Numbered from the stretch's first letter, positions 28,313 through 35,887 are shown. The stretch is DNA of 64,000 bases from Nibricoccus sp. (GCA_047602425.1 JASGHG010000001.1:2400001-2464000); one strand, 5' to 3'. Numbers and translations: made by a program. Notes: a model not told the origin generated them from the letters alone.

Positions 28313-28446
28313 TTGGAGGCAGTGAGCGTGCGGATACTTCGGAGAACGCGCTCGCCTAGAGGCGAGAGATTGCAGGTTCAACCCCTGCTCGTGTCGGCAA
28401 CGATACGATGGCGGAATCAAACGCTGCTCGCGACTCTCTCCTCCAA
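28313..28446 (+). ncRNA. Y-RNA-like unit 4 (tRNA-like module opened in the D-loop)
   Basis: TTGGAGG/CCTCCAA termini; T arm GCAGG TTCAACC CCTGC; GCAA-closed acceptor-like stem. Confidence 0.72.
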
Positions 28447-28451
28447 TTCCT

Positions 28452-28602
28452 TTGAAGGTAGTGAGAACGCGGATACTTCTGGTAATGCACGCAAGTGCCA
28501 TGGTTCAAATCCATACACCGCGTTCGGTTTTGGCGCGTTTCACGCGGTCCTGCGGACTCCACCTTCGGTGGCCCCATCTCCGCTACGCTCCGTCTCCTTC
28601 AA
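28452..28602 (+). ncRNA. Y-RNA-like unit 5 (T-loop hairpin; carries ~61-nt insertion 28530-28590)
   Basis: TTGAAGG/CCTTCAA termini, GAACGCGG/CCGCGTTC inner stem, ATGG TTCAAAT CCAT. Confidence 0.68.
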
Positions 28603-28609
28603 TCAATTT

Positions 28610-28743
28610 TGCGGGTAGTGAGTGTATAGCTACTTCGGACTGAACGGTCGGTGGTTCGATCCCACCTGCGCTTCGGCGCATAGCTCAGTGGTAAGAGCAT
28701 TCAGCGGCCGCAAGGCCGTATCTGTGCACGTAGTTCTCCCGCA
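28610..28743 (+). ncRNA. Y-RNA-like unit 6 (YrlA-like)
   Basis: CTGAA/TTCAG stem, T arm GGTGG TTCGATC CCACC, TGCGC-TTCG-GCGCA closed acceptor, D arm TAGCTCAGTGGTAAGAGC; directly before Ro60 gene. Confidence 0.82.
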
Positions 28744-28824
28744 TTACCACCGTGTCCCGGCGCTCCGGGTTTGTCTCGCCGCGAGAGATCATCTCGTGGC
28801 CCTAAAAAGAAAAAGGAGGCCATC

Positions 28825-30264
28825 ATGGCCAAGTTCAGTATCCTCAAAGCCCTGTCGCGCGGAAAATCTGCGCCCAACACGGTCAATTTTGAAAACGGTC
28901 GCGCCTACAAGCAGACCGCCAAAGTCGAATTCGTTTCGATTTTGCTCACCACGTTTCTCCAGGAGGAATTTTATCGCACCGAGAAACAAACCACTGCTCG
29001 CATCCGCGAACTGATCACGCAGGTCAACGACCCACTGTTCGTCGCGAAAGGCGCCCTGTATGCACGTAACAAATACGGCATGCGCTCGGTCAGTCACCTC
29101 GTCGCGGGTGAACTGGCCAAACAGGTCAAAGGTGTTACGTGGACGAAACGTTTCTATTCTGAAGTCGTGCGACGACCGGATGACGTCATGGAAACGCTGG
29201 GTTATTACCTTGCGGCCTACGGTCGTCCGATCCCGAACTCCCTTAAAAAGGGTTTGGGTGCAGCACTGGGTCGTTTCGACGAATATCAACTCGCCAAATA
29301 CCGCCGCGACCACGCGGTCTTCAAACTCGTTGACGCAGTAAATCTGGTTCGTCCGGCAGCAACGCCGGCTCTGTCCAAGCTTGTGAAAGGTGAACTCGCT
29401 CCTGCGCAAACGTGGGAGACTAAACTCACGCAAGCGGGTGCGGCTGAGTCAGCCGATGATGTTGCTGAGGCAAAATCTCAGGCGTGGGCACAGCTGGTGC
29501 GTGAGCGCAAGCTCGGCTACCTCGCTCTGCTCCGCAACGTCCGTAATGTGCTGACGCATGCGCCGGAGGTGGTGGACGAACTTTGCGCGCAGCTTGCCAA
29601 TGAGCAGGCGGTGCGCCGTGCGCTCGTGTTTCCGTTCCAGTTTCTGTCCGCCGTTGAAGTGCTGAAGCAGGGCAACCAGCCAGGTACAAACCGCGTGATG
29701 GATGCGCTGAATCAGGCTATCGATTACTCGCTGGCCAACGTGCCGAAGTTCGAGGGTAACACGCTCGTCGCGCTCGACTCCTCCGGCTCGATGGTGGGTC
29801 GTCCGCAGACGATCGGTTCGCTCTTTGCCGCAACGCTGGTGAAGGCAACCGGTGCTGATCTGATGCTTTTCAGTGATGATGCTCGTTACATCACGCTGAA
29901 CCGTCGCGACACCACGCTCACGGCGGCCAACAGCATCCCGTTCATCTCGGGTGGTACGAACTTCAATGCGATCTTCCAGCGTGCGAACCATGCTTACGAT
30001 CGCATCGTGGTCCTGTCCGATATGCAGGGTTGGGTGGGTGGCGGTGCGCCCGTTGCTGCTTTCGCTGCGTATCAGAAGAAGTACGACTGCGCTCCGCGCG
30101 TCTATAGCTTCGATCTGAAAGGTTACGGTACGCTCCAGTTCCCACAGGAACGGGTTTACTGTCTTGCCGGTTGGAGCGATCGCGTATTCGAGGTCATGCA
30201 AAAACTCGATCGCGATCCCGAGGCACTGGTTCACGAAGTCGAGGCAATCTCGCTCGCGGACTAA
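28825..30264 (+). CDS. rsr: Ro60/TROVE-domain RNA-binding protein with C-terminal vWA
   Basis: RBS AGGAGG; ALYAR..GMRS, FDEYQLAKY, TWET.L, LGYLALLRN.RN; MIDAS DSSGSM, GGTN, SDMQ. Confidence 0.93.
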   Translation: MAKFSILKALSRGKSAPNTVNFENGRAYKQTAKVEFVSILLTTFLQEEFYRTEKQTTARIRELITQVNDPLFVAKGALYARNKYGMRSVSHLVAGELAKQVKGVTWTKRFYSEVVRRPDDVMETLGYYLAAYGRPIPNSLKKGLGAALGRFDEYQLAKYRRDHAVFKLVDAVNLVRPAATPALSKLVKGELAPAQTWETKLTQAGAAESADDVAEAKSQAWAQLVRERKLGYLALLRNVRNVLTHAPEVVDELCAQLANEQAVRRALVFPFQFLSAVEVLKQGNQPGTNRVMDALNQAIDYSLANVPKFEGNTLVALDSSGSMVGRPQTIGSLFAATLVKATGADLMLFSDDARYITLNRRDTTLTAANSIPFISGGTNFNAIFQRANHAYDRIVVLSDMQGWVGGGAPVAAFAAYQKKYDCAPRVYSFDLKGYGTLQFPQERVYCLAGWSDRVFEVMQKLDRDPEALVHEVEAISLAD

Positions 30265-30281
30265 ACGCCTAAATCTCCTAC

Positions 30282-30309
30282 GGAGCCGAACATAGTTCGG
30301 TTCCTTTTT
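30282..30309 (+). terminator. Terminator-like hairpin after rsr, inside the array
   Basis: GGAGCCGAAC-ata-GTTCGGTTCC plus TTTTT. Confidence 0.6.
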
Positions 30310-30384
30310 CTTCCTGTAGTGAAACAGCTATCACGCGGCTCTGCGAAGGCCGAGATCCAGGTGCAAGTCCCGGCAGGAGGACCA
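30310..30384 (+). tRNA. tRNA-Arg(GCG)
   Basis: CGGCT CT-GCG-AA GGCCG, ACCA. Confidence 0.78.
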
Positions 30385-30394
30385 ATTTTCAATA

Positions 30395-30469
30395 CTCTGC
30401 GTGGTGAAATTATTATCATGTCGCGCTTCGAACGCGTAGTTGCGGGTGGGATTCCTGCCGCAGAGGCCA
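30395..30469 (+). tRNA. tRNA-Arg(TCG)
   Basis: Loop CT-TCG-AA, CTCTGCG/CGCAGAG, GCCA. Confidence 0.78.
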
Positions 30470-30473
30470 TTTT

Positions 30474-30546
30474 CTCCGCGTGGCCGAGAAGCTCAGGCCT
30501 CCGCCTTCTAAGCGGATCGACGCAGGTGCAAATCCTGTCGCGGAGA
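30474..30546 (+). tRNA. tRNA-Arg(TCT), CCA not encoded
   Basis: TCCGC CT-TCT-AA GCGGA. Confidence 0.8.
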
Positions 30547-30552
30547 CTTTAC

Positions 30553-30643
30553 GGAGGTGAAATCGGACAAGCGTGCCGACAGCCGTTTGAAGCGGTCAGG
30601 GCGACTGTTTGTCGCTGGGGAGCATGCCCTCTCGCCTCCGCCA
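30553..30643 (+). tRNA. tRNA-Ser(TGA)
   Basis: GGAGG start, loop TT-TGA-AG, long variable arm, GCCA. Confidence 0.72.
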
Positions 30644-30649
30644 ATCTTT

Positions 30650-30735
30650 GGAGAGTAAAGCCGTGAAGCGCGGCGACCGGTTGGAAGCCGGCTCGGACCT
30701 CCGGGTCTGTGGGGCAGAACCACTGCTCTCCGCCA
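30650..30735 (+). tRNA. tRNA-Ser(GGA)
   Basis: Loop TT-GGA-AG, long variable arm, GCCA. Confidence 0.78.
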
Positions 30736-30742
30736 AATGTGT

Positions 30743-30832
30743 GGAGAGTGAATCCGCCGAGGTGCGGACGCTGTTTCGAAAGCAGCTGGATCGGCGATGC
30801 CGGTTGAGGCGCAAGCCCTCCGCTCTCCGCCA
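30743..30832 (+). tRNA. tRNA-Ser(CGA)
   Basis: GCTGT TT-CGA-AA GCAGC, long variable arm, GCCA. Confidence 0.8.
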
Positions 30833-30837
30833 TTTTT

Positions 30838-30911
30838 CCTCGTGTAGCTCAAAAGCAGAGCAATCGGCCGATAACCGATCGACGTCGGAGCGTTACCGAA
30901 CGCGAGGACCA
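30838..30911 (+). tRNA. tRNA-Ile(GAT)
   Basis: ATCGG CC-GAT-AA CCGAT, ACCA. Confidence 0.8.
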
Positions 30912-30917
30912 TTTTTC

Positions 30918-31005
30918 GGAGGGTTAATCCCGAGAGTCGGAAGCCGCGGTGCTAACGCGTGCGGCGGTAAAAGCCGCTGAGGGGCAGGACCTCAACCCTC
31001 CGCCA
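30918..31005 (+). tRNA. tRNA-Ser(GCT)
   Basis: Loop GT-GCT-AA, long variable arm, GCCA. Confidence 0.75.
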
Positions 31006-31006
31006 T

Positions 31007-31080
31007 TGCCGGGTCGTCTAGCAGCAGGACAGCGGTCTCTGAAACCGCGAACGCATGTGCGACTCATGCCCCGGCAGCCA
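31007..31080 (+). tRNA. tRNA-Gln(CTG)
   Basis: GCGGT CT-CTG-AA ACCGC, U1:A72, GCCA. Confidence 0.85.
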
Positions 31081-31087
31081 TTTTCAT

Positions 31088-31162
31088 TCTCTGCAAGCAT
31101 AGGCAGCGATGCAGCGGTTTCGTAAACCGCAGAGGCCGGCGCACACCCGGCGCGGAGATCCA
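31088..31162 (+). tRNA. tRNA-Thr(CGT)
   Basis: GCGGT TT-CGT-AA ACCGC, TCCA. Confidence 0.82.
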
Positions 31163-31196
31163 GTTTTTCAGTCGGTTTTTGGACTGAGGAGTTAAG

Positions 31197-31228
31197 CGCA
31201 AAAAAGAACACACACCCACGTTGGCTGA
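31197..31228. repeat. Right arm, complementary to 24716-24735 (20 bp) and 24653-24663 (11 bp)
   Basis: CGCAAAAAAGAACACACACC-c-ACGTTGGCTGA. Confidence 0.9.
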
Positions 31229-31277
31229 GCTGAGCCCAGCGGAGCTGCGCCATTTTCAATTTATCCATTTCGTTCCC

Positions 31278-31913
31278 ATGAACACTAGCATTCTCGACAA
31301 ACCCATCGTCCTGTCGCTTAACCGCGCCTGGCAGGTGATCGGCCACCGTACCGTGAAGCAGGCTCTCGTAGCTCTTAACGGTGGTTCGGCTGGTCTACCG
31401 CCTGCGCTCGGTCTCGACATTGCCTATCCGAAGCTCGACGACGGTGGTTGGAATTTCGACCGCCCGCTTTTCCTCAACCCGCTTCCGTGGGCTGAGTGGA
31501 TCAATCTGCCGGTTCGTGAATTCGACTTCGTTGTCTCAACGCCGCGGATGCAAATCCGCGTTCCCACCGTTATCATCTCGACGCAATACGATCGCATGCC
31601 GATCCGCCTCCCGCGGGTCACGCGTCAGGCGATTTTTGAGCGCGATGGTGGTATCTGCCAATACACCGGCGAATTTGTCGGCAAGAACGGTGGCAATCTC
31701 GACCACGTTGTGCCCCGCGATCGCGGTGGCCGCGACAGTTTCGAAAACCTCGTTTGGGCCAAAAGAGAGGTCAACTCGCTGAAGGCTAATCGCCTGCCGC
31801 ATGAGGCTGGTCTCCGACTGCTCAGACGTCCCAAGGCACCTGCTCCGCTTCCGGCGGCTGCCTCAATTCGTGAAGCGAAACATCCCGACTGGCGCCACTT
31901 CCTCGCACACTGA
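31278..31913 (+). CDS. HNH endonuclease
   Basis: VL.LN..W, IFERDGG.CQYTG, DHVVPR.RGG...FENLV...VN..K.N; start moved to MNTSIL. Confidence 0.9.
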   Translation: MNTSILDKPIVLSLNRAWQVIGHRTVKQALVALNGGSAGLPPALGLDIAYPKLDDGGWNFDRPLFLNPLPWAEWINLPVREFDFVVSTPRMQIRVPTVIISTQYDRMPIRLPRVTRQAIFERDGGICQYTGEFVGKNGGNLDHVVPRDRGGRDSFENLVWAKREVNSLKANRLPHEAGLRLLRRPKAPAPLPAAASIREAKHPDWRHFLAH

Positions 31914-31981
31914 AACCCTGCGGTGGGGGAGTGGCCCAGCCGACTCTACGACTCGTCGCCTTTTCCGCAGGGCTAACTTCC

Positions 31982-32689
31982 ATGAACACCGAATCAGCTA
32001 CTTCCATCGGAATTTCCGATCTCCTCGACATCGTAGATACCGCCCTGGCGACGATCTCCCGTCGTTTGCCGGTTCATGTTGGCCGTGAAGACCTGGCCAC
32101 CGTCGGCAAGCTCGCGCTCATATCCGCGCTGGGCCAGTGCAGTGGTTCGGTCAGCGAGGTTCGCGCTTACTGCTTCGTGCGGGTGCGCGGCGCGATTCTG
32201 GACGAACTACGCCGCCTTGATCCGCTTTCGCGCCGCCGCCGTGAACAACTCACAGCGGTTGTTCGTGCCCAAGCCGAATTGAGCGCGCGCCTCGGCCGAG
32301 CAGCCACGCGGGCTGAAATCGCGGTAGCGACCAAGCTTTCACTTTCGGAGGTTACCGCTGTGCAGCAAATGCTCGCGCAGGAATCGGAATTTTCTGAAAC
32401 GGAAGTCGAATTGCTGCCCGACACGGAAGCATCATCGCCGGCCGAAACGATCGAGGCTGAGGATCTTCGCCTAAATCTGCGCGGTGCACTTCAGCGCCTT
32501 AACAGCGCTCAAGCGGCCGTGCTTTACCGCTACTATTTCGACGAGGTCACGCTCGATGTGATTGCGGCCGAGATGGGCCTCTCGAAAGAGCGTGTTCGCC
32601 AGATCCGCGACGCCGGTGAAAAAAAACTCCGTGCTGACTTCATCGTCCTGTCGATCTGGCAGTCACTCATTAACCACAGCCGGGATTAG
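31982..32689 (+). CDS. Sigma-70 family sigma factor (FliA/WhiG-like)
   Basis: RVRGAILDELRRLD (region 2) and TL..IA..MGLSKERVRQI (region 4). Confidence 0.85.
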   Translation: MNTESATSIGISDLLDIVDTALATISRRLPVHVGREDLATVGKLALISALGQCSGSVSEVRAYCFVRVRGAILDELRRLDPLSRRRREQLTAVVRAQAELSARLGRAATRAEIAVATKLSLSEVTAVQQMLAQESEFSETEVELLPDTEASSPAETIEAEDLRLNLRGALQRLNSAQAAVLYRYYFDEVTLDVIAAEMGLSKERVRQIRDAGEKKLRADFIVLSIWQSLINHSRD

Positions 32690-32709
32690 TCATCCCGGCT
32701 GCTTTGCTC

Positions 32710-33375
32710 ATGCGCTTTTTGGACAAACACACAACTCGGGACAAACTGTTGCTCAGGCTTGAACGCGAGCGCAACCGACTTTGGCAGGCGCAGCGAGATG
32801 CTCCGATTGTTCCGCTGGAACATCCATACCAACGTGGCTGGGTGAAGACGTTTCAACTTCGCGAGGATGTTTCACGTCGCCCGGACGCTGCAATTTTCCG
32901 AACCATCCTGGCTGCCGTGAACCTGAAAGTTTTTTCCCGCAATCGAGAATTTCTAAATCCACGAGGAGAGGAAATCCTGCTGCGACCGAAGAAACTCAGA
33001 ATCGACCAGTGGAGAAAGCTGGCTTGGCCAGCCAGTCATCAGCGCTTCTTTGCTTTCGGGCATTGGCGAGCGGACGAAGAGGCATGGATGCCTTTGCGGC
33101 TCCGCCGGCTGCTGCCCGGCTACAAGCTGGTGCATAATTGGTGGTTAGTAGAAGATGCACAGCCGCATTTGATCACTCACCAACGCGTGGAGCTTCCAAC
33201 AGTCCGCAAGCGCCTCTCAGAAATTGAGGCATACCTGAGCCACCGGCAGGGACACGAGCGACTCAACAAGCTTCATGGCCGGAGTGATTGGTGGCGCAGA
33301 TTTGTGGAATCGCGCGCCGATATCCGGACAAATTACTTCATCGAAGAGCAGCTTTCCCGCGAAATAGAAACATGA
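32710..33375 (+). CDS. Basic, Trp/Arg-rich hypothetical protein
   Basis: ORF co-oriented in operon; PLEHPYQRGW motif. Confidence 0.7.
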   Translation: MRFLDKHTTRDKLLLRLERERNRLWQAQRDAPIVPLEHPYQRGWVKTFQLREDVSRRPDAAIFRTILAAVNLKVFSRNREFLNPRGEEILLRPKKLRIDQWRKLAWPASHQRFFAFGHWRADEEAWMPLRLRRLLPGYKLVHNWWLVEDAQPHLITHQRVELPTVRKRLSEIEAYLSHRQGHERLNKLHGRSDWWRRFVESRADIRTNYFIEEQLSREIET

Positions 33376-33473
33376 CTAAACAGTCATGTTTTATGCCACA
33401 AGCCCTCTATTTCGATGCACGTCATTGTGGTATATTTTTCCAATCAAAACTAAGAAAAAGAAACAAAATACAT

Positions 33474-33962
33474 ATGAAAACGATCACCCTTTCACACGCC
33501 CTGAAACACAAAAACCGTCTGGCCGGCGACGTCGCACGGCTGCGCGAAATCGTGCAACGCGAAAACTCACGCAAGGAATCGCAGCCGGCTCGCGCCGACG
33601 TGCGGGTTGCCTTCGACGATAGCGTCGCCCGTTCCCGCGAACTGGCTGCTTTCAAAGGTGCAATCGCCTCCGCAAATGCAGGCGTGCTTTCCGAGGATCG
33701 TGGTATCTATGCCAAGTTGAATCTTCAGGCCGAGCTGCGTGGCCTGATCGTCTTTATCAAGGGGCTCAACACCAAGGAGGGTGAAGAGGTTGAGCGCGTC
33801 GGCTTCATGAGTCGCGACGATGCCATCCGCACGGTCTACGTTGCAACGATTACCCGCGAGGAAGTTGATCGTCTGGTTGTCGCCTATCAGAATGAAATCG
33901 AACGTTTGCAGGATGAAATCGACGAGTTCAACGCAACAACGCGCATTCCTTTGACCAACTAG
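33474..33962 (+). CDS. Coiled-coil hypothetical protein (DIP1984-like)
   Basis: TLSHALK.K..L; LAAFK.AI..AN; LQDEIDEFN..T.I. Confidence 0.7.
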   Translation: MKTITLSHALKHKNRLAGDVARLREIVQRENSRKESQPARADVRVAFDDSVARSRELAAFKGAIASANAGVLSEDRGIYAKLNLQAELRGLIVFIKGLNTKEGEEVERVGFMSRDDAIRTVYVATITREEVDRLVVAYQNEIERLQDEIDEFNATTRIPLTN

Positions 33963-34185
33963 TCCTTTCGGGCCCGGCTTGAACACGTACGACTGACTAC
34001 AGGCATTCTGGCATCCAACGATGCCATTGCGGTCTGATAAACCGTAACAACGATATCGACCTGATTGTTAACAGTCATCGTTCAACCTCTCAAAATACAA
34101 AAATTACCGCTAAAGGTTAAAACTTTTGCCACCTGCTTCAATTGTACGCGTTTCAGGCCGGTGTCCCGATCAAATTGTAAGAGCC

Positions 34186-35721
34186 ATGAATATGGAAATC
34201 AAAGCCCGTGATCTCGTTGCTGCCGGTTGGCATGAAGGCCGCCGCCTAGGCGCTGCTCTCCGCCGCGCACGTGATCTCGAATCCACTGGAATTTCTCGCG
34301 CCGAAGTGCTCGTTCAACTCGAACAAGAATTTCCAAAGCAACTCGCCGTGATTCTTCCGCGCTATGAGCCGGCTCCGCTGGCCGAAGCGATCGAAGCTAC
34401 CACACCGGAAGAAGCGACCAACGTTACCTCGGCCCGTCAGCGCATGCTCGAACTTCTCCACGTCCCGGTGGTGAAGCGCGGAAGCATCATGCCGGACGCC
34501 TGCCCGTCGGGTGGTGGTCGTGCCACGATTCCGGTTGGGGGAGCCATCGAAGTCGAGAATGCCATCATTCCCGGCGCTCACTCGGCTGATATCTGCTGCT
34601 CGATGTACGCATCCTTTTTCCCGGCCAACCATCCGGTGGGCGAAATGATGGATCATCTTCAGAAGACCACGCACTTCGGTGCGGGTGGTCGTGCACGCGG
34701 TCAGCAATGGACCACGTCGGTGGTGGAAGAGCCGGTTTGGGATAACCCTTTCCTTTCCGGACTGCGTAGCCGGGCCCAGGATTTCATGGGAACCCAAGGC
34801 GACGGAAATCATTTCGCCTATGTCGGACGTATCCAGTTTACGGATGCGCAACGCGCTGCGCTTGAATCCGCCGGCTATACCGAACTCACCGAATGGATCG
34901 TGCGCCGCGACGGTGAATTCAACGTCCTCGTGACTCACCACGGTTCGCGTGGTCTCGGTGCTGATGTGTACAAACGCGGCCAGAAAGCTGCCCGCAAATG
35001 GTGTGACGAAAACGCCAAAGATATTCCCGACGCAGCTGTCTGGTTGCCGTACGATTCTCCGGATGGCTCCGCTTACTGGGACGCGTTGCAGTACGTATCT
35101 CGCTGGACGCGTGAAAACCACGCCCAGATCCATGCCGCCTTCCTGCGTCGCTTGGGTCAGCGTGGCCTCGTGCAAATCGGCAACGAGCACAACTTTGTTT
35201 GGAAACGCGGAGATTCTTTCTTCCACGGAAAGGGTGCTACGCCGGCGTGGAAAGACGCGCAGGGCCGTCCGCTGCTCGGAATTATTCCGCTTAACATGGC
35301 CCGTGAAATCCTCCTCGTACTTGGTTCGGACAACAACAACTACCTGTCGTTCTGTCCGCACGGCGCTGGTCGCAACCTGTCGCGCTCGGCCATGCTGCGT
35401 CCTTACAAAGACGTGGACGGTGAAATCGATCCGGCACTCGTGCAGAAGACCCTGGCCGAAACCACGGCCGGGCTTGATATCCGTTGGTTCAATGGCGCAC
35501 CGGATTTGTCCGAGTCTCCGCTCGGCTACAAAAACGCTACGCAGGTGAAGGCGCAGATCGACCGCTTTGGTTTGGCCACGGTGGTTGGCGAAATCCAACC
35601 GCGCGGTTGCATAATGGCCGGCGAAGCTCCGGAACCGCCATGGGCTCGTGCTCGCCGCGAAAAACGCGCTGCCCACAAAGCCATGCGCCGCGAGGGCGAT
35701 GTTGAAGTGGGTGAAGCCTAA
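34186..35721 (+). CDS. rtcB: RtcB RNA ligase
   Basis: MPDAC, SADICCS, GTQGDGNHF, THHGSRG, EHNF, HGKGATP, HGAGR, ESP.GYK. Confidence 0.93.
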   Translation: MNMEIKARDLVAAGWHEGRRLGAALRRARDLESTGISRAEVLVQLEQEFPKQLAVILPRYEPAPLAEAIEATTPEEATNVTSARQRMLELLHVPVVKRGSIMPDACPSGGGRATIPVGGAIEVENAIIPGAHSADICCSMYASFFPANHPVGEMMDHLQKTTHFGAGGRARGQQWTTSVVEEPVWDNPFLSGLRSRAQDFMGTQGDGNHFAYVGRIQFTDAQRAALESAGYTELTEWIVRRDGEFNVLVTHHGSRGLGADVYKRGQKAARKWCDENAKDIPDAAVWLPYDSPDGSAYWDALQYVSRWTRENHAQIHAAFLRRLGQRGLVQIGNEHNFVWKRGDSFFHGKGATPAWKDAQGRPLLGIIPLNMAREILLVLGSDNNNYLSFCPHGAGRNLSRSAMLRPYKDVDGEIDPALVQKTLAETTAGLDIRWFNGAPDLSESPLGYKNATQVKAQIDRFGLATVVGEIQPRGCIMAGEAPEPPWARARREKRAAHKAMRREGDVEVGEA

Positions 35722-35887
35722 AAGAGTGGTTCGTTGTCAGCTCAGCCGAGATTGTGGGTGACACCGAAGGTCCGGCGCGATTTTTAGTCCGCTCGGAGTC
35801 GCGGCGTTCTTTTTCGTGACCGGCAGACTAGATCTGCTGTTGCGGAAAAAGACGGCGCGCGACGCGAAAGTTTTTGCAACAGACGCC

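Noticed and set aside
27852..28743. CRISPR array reading of the repeated GGTAGTGAG..TACTTC motif
   Set aside because: Repeats are not identical, spacing is irregular, each unit folds back on itself, and no cas genes are present
24987..31162. Selenocysteine, pyrrolysine or stop-suppressor tRNA
   Set aside because: No TCA, CTA or TTA anticodon found in a 7-nt loop
24525..31346. Many 60-190 aa ORFs on both strands over the array
   Set aside because: They overlap well-formed tRNA and Y-like genes and lack protein motifs; only rsr is accepted
1..35800. Prophage or integrative element call for the accessory region
   Set aside because: No integrase, transposase, structural phage genes or att duplication seen in the window
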